Shown: one piece after another, positions 10,062 to 19,284 of the stretch
Numbering within the stretch: the first letter of the stretch is position 1
How the letters are laid out: each line of letters opens with the position of its first letter
NCBI GenBank assembly: GCA_963678315.1
Contig: OY782781.1
Location: 544,001-608,000, forward strand
DNA: 64,000 bases
Reading direction: 5' to 3'
From: Candidatus Cloacimonadales bacterium
GTDB lineage: Bacteria > Cloacimonadota > Cloacimonadia > Cloacimonadales > JAFGVF01
Program-made: the position numbers and the translations under genes
Notes under the pieces: generated by a model
What the model was told of the DNA's origin: nothing
Database searches by the model: none
The model's input: only the letters and a program-made list of their open reading frames with translations

Positions 10062-11129
10062 CTATTCTGGTCTCATAGCAAGACCGAGAGCTAAGCATAG
10101 TTGAGGGTCTTGACTATCTTTAAATTTGTCTGGCATTTCAAGATTGCTAAATGGATTATAGACTTCAGTAGGGATATTGATTTTAGATTCAATATATTCA
10201 CTAAGGCCTTTAAGTTTAGCTGAACCGCCCATTATATAAACTTTTTGGAAATCACTATTTCCAGCTTCTTTAACGTAGAATCTGATAGATCTTCTGATTT
10301 CATCAGCGATCATATCTTCAGTATTCTTTTCAGAAATATCAAGCATAGAGAGAGTAGTTTCACCTGTTTCTTCAGCAGCTTTTAAACCGTGTTCGAATTT
10401 AAAAGTTTCAGCTGCTGGGAATTCAAGGTTATGTTTTCTCATAATATCTTGAGTGAAGTTATATCCACCATATTCAATATCTCTAGTAAAGAATTTTGCT
10501 TTTGGTCCCCAAATAACTATGTTAGTTCTGTGAGCACCAATATTAACAAGCACAAACACACCTTCTTCAACAAAAGAATTAAGTGCAAAGCAATTGCCAA
10601 TACCGAAAGCATCAATATCAATGATACCAGGTACAATACCTGCTGCAGAAAGTATATCAGTGTGACCATTGATTACATTCTTAGTTGATGCAGCTAGCAA
10701 TATGTTCATGTTGTTTGTTTTATCTTCAATACTTAATACTTGGTAATCTAACACCATTTCGCTACCACTGATTGGTATGTGTTTTTTTGCTTCAAAAGAC
10801 AAAGCAGAATCAAGTTCATCTTCAGGTAAATAAATTGTTTTTACCTGTTTGATACTTGTGTCATCACCACCAACAGAGCTTACGACATGTTTGATCTTTT
10901 TCGGATTAAGCTTCATCCCTTTGAGGATAGAGCCTAATACAGGAGCGAAACGATCATTACTTAAATCATTGGGAAGATATTCGATTCCTTCAGGTATTGT
11001 TGAACGTATATCATAATTCAACAATTTATACCCATGGCTAAGACGTTTCAAATGAACGACTTTAACACTATGAGAACCTATATCTATACCAAGCGATTCT
11101 TTAAATTTAACTTTCTTTTTCTTACTCAT
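10062..11129 (-). CDS. pilM: Type IV pilus assembly protein PilM (actin-like)
   Basis: LGIDIGSHSVK, VNIGAHRT, MGGSAKL and LALGLAMR motifs. Confidence 0.92.
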   Translation of the reverse strand: MSKKKKVKFKESLGIDIGSHSVKVVHLKRLSHGYKLLNYDIRSTIPEGIEYLPNDLSNDRFAPVLGSILKGMKLNPKKIKHVVSSVGGDDTSIKQVKTIYLPEDELDSALSFEAKKHIPISGSEMVLDYQVLSIEDKTNNMNILLAASTKNVINGHTDILSAAGIVPGIIDIDAFGIGNCFALNSFVEEGVFVLVNIGAHRTNIVIWGPKAKFFTRDIEYGGYNFTQDIMRKHNLEFPAAETFKFEHGLKAAEETGETTLSMLDISEKNTEDMIADEIRRSIRFYVKEAGNSDFQKVYIMGGSAKLKGLSEYIESKINIPTEVYNPFSNLEMPDKFKDSQDPQLCLALGLAMRPE

Positions 11130-11154
11130 ATCGCCTCTTTATTCATTATATAAA

Positions 11155-13086
11155 TTAATAATCTGTGAGAATTGCAGGAGCGCTATCACCAGTCATTAGA
11201 TACCAAGATTCAGCATCAAACTGTGTAATACCACCTTTAAGTTGTACTTCTGGGAATTTTGGTGGAGGGCTAATCCTAAATCTATTATCGTAGTGATAAG
11301 ATTTTTGATAACCAACACCCGATCCAGTAGCGCCAGGAGCATTTGTTCCACCTTGGTTACTTGGACTACCGTAAAGATAGTTAGCAATATCCCAGTTATT
11401 ATCTGTGTAGTTAATTGGGTCACTACCTGATCTATGTACGAAACCTCTTCTACGTTGTGCAACAGAACCAAATAGTCTGATTGTACCACGTTCTTTGTAA
11501 GTTTCTGCATTAGTTTCAGGCCATAGTGGTCCGTAGAATGGATAACAGTATATTCCAGGCCAATCAGCTGTTATATCTAAGAAGTGTAAAGGTCCCCAAT
11601 CGTCTCCAATCATATCATTTGCAAAGTTATCCCAACCAGAATCTTGGAGGGCATTATTTACTCTTACAAATAGACCTTTATGAGGATGTTGATATTGGAA
11701 AGAGAAAGTACCATCTTCCATGGAAGTTTCTCCTCTACCTAATGCACACATAGCTGCATATATGTAGATACCACCATCATCTTCATCACCTTCTTCATCT
11801 TCAGCTCTTCCACAATTGTATTTAACTCTAACTGAATCATCAGGGTGTCTGAAACCGTATTGAATAATAATAGATCTTTCAGAAATAAGACCAACAATAT
11901 CAGAATTATTCTGAGTACCGTTAAGGTTATCAACATTGTTACCATCTGGAGTATCTCCTTTAGCTGTATTAACTAAAAGGATATCACCAGCAAGGTACAT
12001 TGTATCTGATGAACACCAAGTTTGTTGTCCACCAAATTCACCCATAAGCCATAATTCGCCATCGATAAATATAGAGTTATTTGCAACGTTACCAGAACCA
12101 CCTGAAGCCCATATAGTGTCCTTATTAATAAGGTATTGAACATCTATAGAGTCATCAGGAGTTATGTCGTTTTGATTTCCGTCAGCTGCAGTATCATAGA
12201 TAATCACAGTATCTTGGATAGTGTCCATTCTTTGACCATACCAAGCGGTATAAGAATTACCATTAGCAACAGCGAAGAAAATATCACCTTCACCCACAGA
12301 TACACCAACACCTGTTCTTGCAGCAGTAGCAGTTTCAGGATATTCAATTTCAGGTGCATTTTCAGTATATCCATCTAAGAAAACTTCCTCATAAGGAATA
12401 GTTCCATTTTCAGATTGAATTTCTCCAGAAGTATATACATGGTCATGGAATAAAGGCCAACCATTATTATCACCAGTAGTTCTTTTTAACCAAATATCAC
12501 TATTGGTTCTAACCTTACCATAAATTTCATCGCGACCATAAAAATAAACTTTATCGTCACCTAAATCTTGATTTATAGATTGGTCAGTTTCAGTAAAGTA
12601 GTGATATCCTGCAAAAGTATTCTTTTTAATTGCTTTTCTACCATACAACTCAACATTAGATTTCTTTTTGTTATAACCTGTACCAACATAAGCAGTAGCT
12701 AAAGTATTAATACCATAGTTATAAGCGAATTCAAACAGTGAAGTTTGAATATCGTTACCTCTAAGCATCATAGTGCGAAGTTTGAATGTATTCAAACCAA
12801 AACCACTATTAATCTCTTTAGTCATACCACCCATATCGACAACATCTGGTAGTGTTCCACTTTGGGCAAAATCTAACATATTCTCAGTTGCTTTAAGTGA
12901 GCGAGTCCCTTCGGATCTAATCAAATGAAGCTCTTGAAGAGCATGATAAGATTGAACAAGACTTCTTGTATCAGTAACCCCAATTCGAGTAATGGCTACT
13001 GCTGACATCAACGCAATTGCAACAACTGCAAATGACAAAGCAATAAACCCATTATCGTTAACAAATTTCTTCATAAACTTTTTCAT
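11155..13086 (-). CDS. Large PilX/GspK-like minor pilin, possible tip adhesin
   Basis: Prepilin-like leader NG|FIALSF without E5; 643 aa; Asp/Gly-rich; C-terminal GYQKSYHYDNRF...PPPKFP. Confidence 0.65.
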   Translation of the reverse strand: MKKFMKKFVNDNGFIALSFAVVAIALMSAVAITRIGVTDTRSLVQSYHALQELHLIRSEGTRSLKATENMLDFAQSGTLPDVVDMGGMTKEINSGFGLNTFKLRTMMLRGNDIQTSLFEFAYNYGINTLATAYVGTGYNKKKSNVELYGRKAIKKNTFAGYHYFTETDQSINQDLGDDKVYFYGRDEIYGKVRTNSDIWLKRTTGDNNGWPLFHDHVYTSGEIQSENGTIPYEEVFLDGYTENAPEIEYPETATAARTGVGVSVGEGDIFFAVANGNSYTAWYGQRMDTIQDTVIIYDTAADGNQNDITPDDSIDVQYLINKDTIWASGGSGNVANNSIFIDGELWLMGEFGGQQTWCSSDTMYLAGDILLVNTAKGDTPDGNNVDNLNGTQNNSDIVGLISERSIIIQYGFRHPDDSVRVKYNCGRAEDEEGDEDDGGIYIYAAMCALGRGETSMEDGTFSFQYQHPHKGLFVRVNNALQDSGWDNFANDMIGDDWGPLHFLDITADWPGIYCYPFYGPLWPETNAETYKERGTIRLFGSVAQRRRGFVHRSGSDPINYTDNNWDIANYLYGSPSNQGGTNAPGATGSGVGYQKSYHYDNRFRISPPPKFPEVQLKGGITQFDAESWYLMTGDSAPAILTDY

Positions 13087-13087
13087 A

Positions 13088-13729
13088 TTACATCTTTCCT
13101 ATAGCCATGTAGGTTTCATAATTTACGTAGTGATATTTGTCTTCGAATAGTTCAACACGAGCTTCAAGTTCCACTTTAACAATTTTAAAAACTGTTGTAG
13201 CAAAAGGGTTACCAGGACTAAATAGTAATTTAGTCACTTCTATATCTTGATTTTTTCTTTTAACTTTATCAGGGAAAATGTAATTGTCTCTATTTGAAGA
13301 GGTAGAAGAGCCATACACGTTTTGGGTGTAACGAATAAAACCATCATCGAGATAGAATTTGATTTCATCATTAACACTTAAATCACCGCTGTTAGCAGGT
13401 GGTTTAATTATAATACCTGTTCTAGCTATTCCTTCAGCATAGTTACCAGTGAACTCTATTGAATTTGCATTACCAATCCCCATCAATTGAACTTCTGTAG
13501 GCATATTTACTTTAATTCCATGTTTCAACACTTGCATAGCTCTAAATGCTTCAGTCTGCAATCTAGATACCTTTTGCAATTCTTGATACTTTAAAAGGAA
13601 TGTTGAAATAGTTAGTGTAGCACCAACAAAGACTACTGTCATTATCGCTAAAACAGAAACTAATTCTACAAGAGTAAAGCCTTTATCATTGAATGTTTTC
13701 ACATTCTTTTTTCTTTTAAGGATTGTCAT
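13088..13729 (-). CDS. Minor pilin (PilW/GspJ-like)
   Basis: KG|FTLVELV type IV N-methylation motif. Confidence 0.85.
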   Translation of the reverse strand: MTILKRKKNVKTFNDKGFTLVELVSVLAIMTVVFVGATLTISTFLLKYQELQKVSRLQTEAFRAMQVLKHGIKVNMPTEVQLMGIGNANSIEFTGNYAEGIARTGIIIKPPANSGDLSVNDEIKFYLDDGFIRYTQNVYGSSTSSNRDNYIFPDKVKRKNQDIEVTKLLFSPGNPFATTVFKIVKVELEARVELFEDKYHYVNYETYMAIGKM

Positions 13730-14150
13730 AATAATCTTCTACCATTCTTACGTAGTGACTTTTCATTTCATCAGACGGTTCATTCCAAGAAACCATAACA
13801 GTTAATGTTGTTTGGTTCAAATTCACAGTACCGCTTGTTAGGCCGTATGAGAAATCGAGTGCAACATTTGCGTTTATGTTTCCAGCAAAGTCATCGCCCA
13901 TTACTGCTCTTCCCTTATAAAGACCATCTAAATCGAAATCTTTCTCGATCGTCTTTTTATAATATTGCCATTCAAGTTCTCCAGATGCAATCATGATACC
14001 TTGTCGGTCATGATAATTCCTAGTTATACGTTTTTCTGCATAATGAATCCCTACGAATAGAGATGATAATGCAATAAAAACAATAGCAAAAGCAGCTATC
14101 AATTCAACTAAGGTAAAACCGGAGTCTTTGAATAAATTTTTCTTTATCAT
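13716..14150 (-). CDS. Minor pilin (PilV/GspI-like)
   Basis: SG|FTLVELI motif; start overlaps pilT stop (ATGA). Confidence 0.85.
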   Translation of the reverse strand: MIKKNLFKDSGFTLVELIAAFAIVFIALSSLFVGIHYAEKRITRNYHDRQGIMIASGELEWQYYKKTIEKDFDLDGLYKGRAVMGDDFAGNINANVALDFSYGLTSGTVNLNQTTLTVMVSWNEPSDEMKSHYVRMVEDYYDNP

Positions 14151-15208
14151 CCGTTGAATCCTGCACCTGTTGCAAAGATCTTAACGTTATCAGCAACTTT
14201 TTCTGCAGTTTTTCTATCAATATTACCATTCATCACATGATTATAAAGAGATTGATCTTTAGATTGCATACCTTCTTTTGTTCCAGACTGGATAACAGAA
14301 GGGATTTGGTAAGTCTTCTCTTCACGAATCAAGTTTCTAACTGCCGCATTAGCAATCATAATTTCTAATGCAGGAACACGACCTTTACCATCTTTAGTTG
14401 GAAGCAATGTTTGAGCAATAACTGCTTCTAAAGATTCAGATAGCATAGATCTAACTTGAGCTTGCTGTTCTTTTGGGAACATATCAATAATACGGTCAAT
14501 AGATTTTGTAGCACTACTAGTATGTAGAGTAGCAAAAACTAAGTGACCTGTTTCAGCTGCAGTAAGAGCAAGTGAAACTGTCTCAAGGTCACGCAACTCA
14601 CCAACAAGGATTACATCAGGATCTTCACGAAGAGCTGATCTTAAAGCTGCGGTAAATGAGTGTGTGTCGTGTCCAAGTTCACGCTGATTCAATAAGCTGT
14701 TCTTAGTTTTATGAACAAACTCAATAGGATCTTCTATGGTTATAATATGTTTTTGAGAATGGTCATTAATTGAATCGATCATGGTTGCAAGAGTAGTAGA
14801 TTTACCACTACCAGTTGGACCAGTCACCAAAATAAGGCCTTTCTCTTTAAAGGTTAATGATTTAAGAGTTTCCGGTAAGTATAATTCTTCATAAGATTTA
14901 ATCTCATTAGGAATAACACGGAAAGCTGCAGCTAAACCATTAATTTGAGTAAATGCATTTACACGGAATCTAACATCACTTGAAAGCTTTGTTGAGAAGT
15001 CAATTTCTAACTTTTCTTTAAACATTTCAATTTGTGACTCATTCATCACACTGTATATTAGAGTACGTACATCATCTTCAGACATCATTGGTATGTTCAA
15101 TTTTTTCATTTTACCATGAACACGAACCATAGGGTGAGAACCAGCACTAATATGTAAATCTGATGCCCCTGCGTCTGAAGTGAATTTTAATAGTTCCTGA
15201 ATAGTCAT
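14147..15208 (-). CDS. pilT: Pilus retraction ATPase PilT
   Basis: GASDLHIS, GPTGSGKSTT, LREDPD, AAETGHLV and AVRNLIRE motifs. Confidence 0.95.
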   Translation of the reverse strand: MTIQELLKFTSDAGASDLHISAGSHPMVRVHGKMKKLNIPMMSEDDVRTLIYSVMNESQIEMFKEKLEIDFSTKLSSDVRFRVNAFTQINGLAAAFRVIPNEIKSYEELYLPETLKSLTFKEKGLILVTGPTGSGKSTTLATMIDSINDHSQKHIITIEDPIEFVHKTKNSLLNQRELGHDTHSFTAALRSALREDPDVILVGELRDLETVSLALTAAETGHLVFATLHTSSATKSIDRIIDMFPKEQQAQVRSMLSESLEAVIAQTLLPTKDGKGRVPALEIMIANAAVRNLIREEKTYQIPSVIQSGTKEGMQSKDQSLYNHVMNGNIDRKTAEKVADNVKIFATGAGFNG

Positions 15209-15255
15209 TTGGCCTCCAAAAGAATTTTTCTAATAATAGCTAATAAGTTATTAGA

Positions 15256-15687
15256 TTATTCTTCGCCACCAGTTTCAGTATTTGTAAATGTATCAATACC
15301 CCAGCCAGTATATTCGTTATCTTCAACGATAAATCTAACTTGTTTTCCTTCTCCTGATTCGAATTCGGCAGTTGAAGTACAAACGTATTCAGTTGGAGGG
15401 TTACCTAATACATCAAATTCCCATTCTTCTCTAACTGCTTGTTTGATACCAGCGTCATCTAATGCATCTTCTACTTCGTAACCATCTGTTGAACCTGTTG
15501 TAGTTAAACGTGTTTCATAAGCTTCTTTTACTGAACGTAAATACGCTTTTGGACCTGCTGCTTTACCTTTTTCAACGTAACGTAAGTAAATAGGTACCGC
15601 GATTGTAGCTAAGATAGCCATGATAATAACAACAACAAGAAGTTCTACTAAACTGAATCCTTTGTCTTTCTTCATTAATTTGAACAT
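15256..15687 (-). CDS. pilA: Major type IVa pilin
   Basis: KG|FSLVELLVVVIIMAILATIAVP; GGAGG RBS before ATG at 15687; first gene of the locus; 133-aa mature protein. Confidence 0.88.
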   Translation of the reverse strand: MFKLMKKDKGFSLVELLVVVIIMAILATIAVPIYLRYVEKGKAAGPKAYLRSVKEAYETRLTTTGSTDGYEVEDALDDAGIKQAVREEWEFDVLGNPPTEYVCTSTAEFESGEGKQVRFIVEDNEYTGWGIDTFTNTETGGEE

Positions 15688-15740
15688 GTCTGTTCCTCCC
15701 AATTTAAGTTTTTTATTTTTTATGAATTACTTTTTCATAA

Positions 15741-15757
15741 TGCATATTACATACCAA
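15741..15757 (-). promoter_or_regulatory. Sigma54 (-24/-12) promoter for pilA
   Basis: TTGGTATGTAATATGCA = GG-N10-GC, about 55 bp upstream of the pilA start. Confidence 0.75.
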
Positions 15758-16412
15758 AACATCATAATTTTTGTTTATCTACAAGTTTATTACATTTTTT
15801 ATAGTTAGATTTTAAGATTTTTTACAAGTAAATAATTAGTAGATTTTTGAATCTTTAATTTATTTATAATCAATGTATAATGACTTTTTAAGGGCTTTTA
15901 ATCTTATTGTAGAACTATTTATAAAGAACTATCTAGCAAGCTATTACTAATTAGTACGGCTGAGCATGTCTTTTTATTCTGAAGTGCTAGTCTGTTGATT
16001 TAAGAAAATATATTTGTTTCCAATGTAACCTTTATTAACAACTTATTAATAAATCTTATTATTTGATTGCATATCTCACTATCTTTCTGTATTTTACCCT
16101 ATATTAACTTATAGTTTATTTTTGCTGTAAACTGTGTGATTAGTTGGTAATTTTTAAGAAATAAGACCTACTAGAAGTATGCAATAATGACTTTTTTATA
16201 GATAAAGACATTTAAATTCGATTTTTTTTGAAATATTGATATGTAACTATTTATTTCACCTACGTTAAGAATTATATGGCTCTTTAAAATTAATTTAGTT
16301 ATTGAAATCCTCTTCTTTAAAATAAGTTCTTGACTAGATTAAACCAAATTCAGCTAAAGTATAATTCAAGTAAAATAATATTAATATAGTAATAATTACT
16401 TAAGGAGATAAT

Positions 16413-18427
16413 ATGAAAAAAACTTCTATTCTGCTTTTTCTAGCTATTAGTATGTTGGTGCTAGGATGTAGCTCAACGAGTACTAAGTTAGATTCAGTAA
16501 AAGAAGCTGACATTTATGTAGAATATGATGGTGGGATGATTACAAAAGCTGACTATGAAGATAGGATTAGTATGCTTCCAGAACAACAAAGAGAATCATT
16601 AAACATGGCTGGTAACGAAGCTATTTTTTTAGAAAGATTAGCTCAAGAACAAGCATTTTATATGAAAGCTAACGAGTTAGGCTTAGATAAAGACCCTGAA
16701 GTTCTTTCTATAATTGACCAACGTCTAAAACAATATTATTTAAATGAATATTATGAAAAGAATATTAGATCTAATGTTAAGTTAACTGATCAAAATCTAA
16801 GAGACTTCTATGACAATAATCAAGACCTCTTTGTAGAAGCTCCAGTAGCAAATATTAGATATATTCAAGTTGCAAACCAAGAAAGTGCTGATAAAGTCTT
16901 AGCTGATTTAAAAAAGGGTATCTCTTTTGACAATATTGCTGCTGTAAAGTCTATCAACACAGGTGCAAAACAAAACGGCAATGTAATAACTGGTCTAAGA
17001 AACAATGGTTACATTCAAGGTATTGGAAACGATACAGAATTAGACAGTTTAATATTCAATGTGGAATTCGAGCCTAATAAGGCTTATGGTCCTTATGAAA
17101 CAGCAACTGGTATCCATTTCTTCTCAATAATCATGAGAGAAGATGCTAAACAAAAGATTTTGAAGCAGTAAAGTCTGATGTAAAAACTAAAGCTAGAGTT
17201 GCTAAAGAAACAGATTTAAATGATGCTTACACCAAGAATTTCATGCTTGACCACAATTTAAGTATCGATAGTGAGAACTTAGCTAAAATTGATTTCATGA
17301 ATCTTGCAAACAATAATGATATCATTGAAGCAAGTGTTATCACAAGTGACTTAGATAGTTTTAATTGGACTGTTGAAGATGTTCTTACAGCATTCAATTC
17401 TGTACCTAGACAAGAAAGAATGTTTATTACTCAAAATAGCAATCAGGAAATACTTGACCATGTTCTTTCAAAAGAAATTTACTTCTATAATTTAAAGGCT
17501 GAAGGCTTCGATAAGGAATTAAATGAACAGCCTAAATACAAAAATAGTATTAGAACTTTCTTATTAACTTATGCTTATAAAAAGCTTATTACAGATACAA
17601 TTGAAATTACTGACGCAGATATAGAAGACTTCTATCAAGAGAATAAAGAAAAGTTTGCTAAACCTGGATTCAGAAAAGTTGAAATCTTAAACTTTGCAAG
17701 CGAAGAAGTTGCTTCTCAAGCTTATGATGAATATATTGTGGCTGTAAGAAACAGTGACACTAAAAAGATTAAAGAAATCATGGAACAATATGCTATTAAT
17801 AGTTTCGATAAACGTATAGCAGATAAAACTTTTAGAAATGGTATTGTCCCTAACTTTGGTAGAGATAATATTCTTTCTGAAGCAATTTGGAATTTACCTG
17901 TAAACGAAGTAAGCGATATTACTCCTGTAAAGCGTGGTAACAATTTTGCTATTTTTAGAACACTTGAAGAAACTCCAAAAAAATATAAAGAGTTAGGTGC
18001 TGTTATTCCACAGATTCAAAACAACTTAACTCGTTCTAAATCTAAAGAAAAGTTTGATAACTTAATTGACCAATATATGAAAGAGTATAACTTTGTTGTC
18101 CACCAAGACAAACTTCATCCAAGAGCTACTGCAGATGAATTATTTGCTCTGGCTGAAAAACAAGCTAAACTTGGTAAATTCAAAGACACTATACTATATT
18201 ACCAACAAATTGTTAACAACTATCAAAATGGTAAAGATGACTATAAAGCAATGTTCATGATTGCATTTACTCAATCTGAATATGTACAAGATAAAGAAGC
18301 AGCTATCAAAGCATTTGAAGAGTTCATTGAGAAATACCCTCAAGGTGAACTAAATGACGATGCTACTTATATGCTTAAAGAATTGAAAGGTGAAGGATCT
18401 ATTGAGATTCCTGAATTAATCGACTAA
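16413..18427 (+). pseudogene. PpiC/SurA-like peptidyl-prolyl isomerase lipoprotein with C-terminal TPR, split by a 1-bp frameshift near 17152-17155 (possible assembly error)
   Basis: Lipobox LVLG-C; two parvulin-like domains; adding one A to CAAAAG gives QKDFEAVKSDVKTKARV... in frame with ORF 17243-18427. Confidence 0.8.
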
Positions 18428-18453
18428 TATACGCTTCTAGAATATTATATATT

Positions 18454-18492
18454 AGAAGAGCCTAGGCATTGCCCTAGACTCTTCTTTTTTTT
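18454..18492 (+). terminator. Rho-independent terminator
   Basis: AGAAGAG-CCTAGG...CCTAG-ACTCTTCT followed by a T run. Confidence 0.75.
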
Positions 18493-18520
18493 GCGAGAAA
18501 GATAGGTTCATGCCTACACC

Positions 18521-19020
18521 CTTACTCCCCTCCTTGAAAAATCGGCTTTTTTTCAATGAGACCCTTAAGTTAGGAGTTAGAAGTGGGAGCGAGAAGAAGT
18601 GAAGAGAGGAGTGTAAGCATCCACCGAAGGTTGAACGAAGTTCATGCTTACGCTAAGAGATGTTTTCAAAACATCTCAACAAATTCACTTATCACTATGT
18701 TCTAAGTTGTTAATATATAAGTAAAGAACCCTGTACTGATTCATGACGTCCTTTAATGACTAAATACAAAATAAGACATTAGCCACGAATAACACAAATA
18801 TTCACAAATCCAGCCCCTAAACAATTAAACCTCTCAACAACTAAACATTTTAATCAGTTTAATCTGCGTTATCTGTGTTCTATTTTATTTGAAAGGCCAG
18901 CTAGCAGCTGTGCGTTCCCAGTAATTATTCATTATGTCGTCCCTTCGGGACTCAATTCATTTTTATCCTTGAACATGGGGTACAAGACCCCATGCTAATA
19001 CATGACGTCCTTTCAGGACT
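18521..19020. repeat. Composite palindromic intergenic element, copy 2 (divergent, mixed orientation)
   Basis: 49-bp palindrome 18521-18569; GAGATGTTTTCAAAACATCTC; ACAAATTCACTTATCACTATGTTCTAAGT; GCTAGCAGCTGTGCGTTCCCAG; GTCCCTTCGGGAC and CATGGGGTACAAGACCCCATG hairpins. Confidence 0.75.
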
Positions 19021-19192
19021 AATACCAAACATCGAATTTGAAAGCTAAAAAGCGGAACAAGTATCAGCGTTCCCTCAACAGTAGCTTAAATGAAACCGTG
19101 CTAATCTTCATTGCTAAAAACAGATTTTTTGTTTTAGACTGTATTAAGAGATAAGAAGCTTACAGTCCCAAATAATCACAAATCTATCATTC

Positions 19193-19222
19193 TTCACACA
19201 ATCTTAACATTTCACTTATAAT
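19193..19222 (+). promoter_or_regulatory. Putative Pho box and -10 element
   Basis: TTCACA-N5-TTAACA 11-bp direct repeat at 19193/19204, then TATAAT at 19217, upstream of the phosphate operon. Confidence 0.6.
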
Positions 19223-19284
19223 GAATTAACTTTGAAAGAGTATAATAAAGTGAAATCAAAAAAATTGTATAGGAGAAATTTAAC

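Noticed and set aside
1562..15687. Type II secretion system
   Set aside because: PilT, PilM/N/O and a sigma54-driven major pilin indicate a retractile type IVa pilus.
15800..16400. Long AT-rich divergent intergenic region as an ncRNA or riboswitch
   Set aside because: No recognisable conserved motif or stable structure by eye; more likely promoter and enhancer DNA.
17146..17160. Programmed -1 frameshift in the foldase gene
   Set aside because: No canonical X-XXY-YYZ slippery heptamer or obvious stimulatory structure; an indel is simpler.
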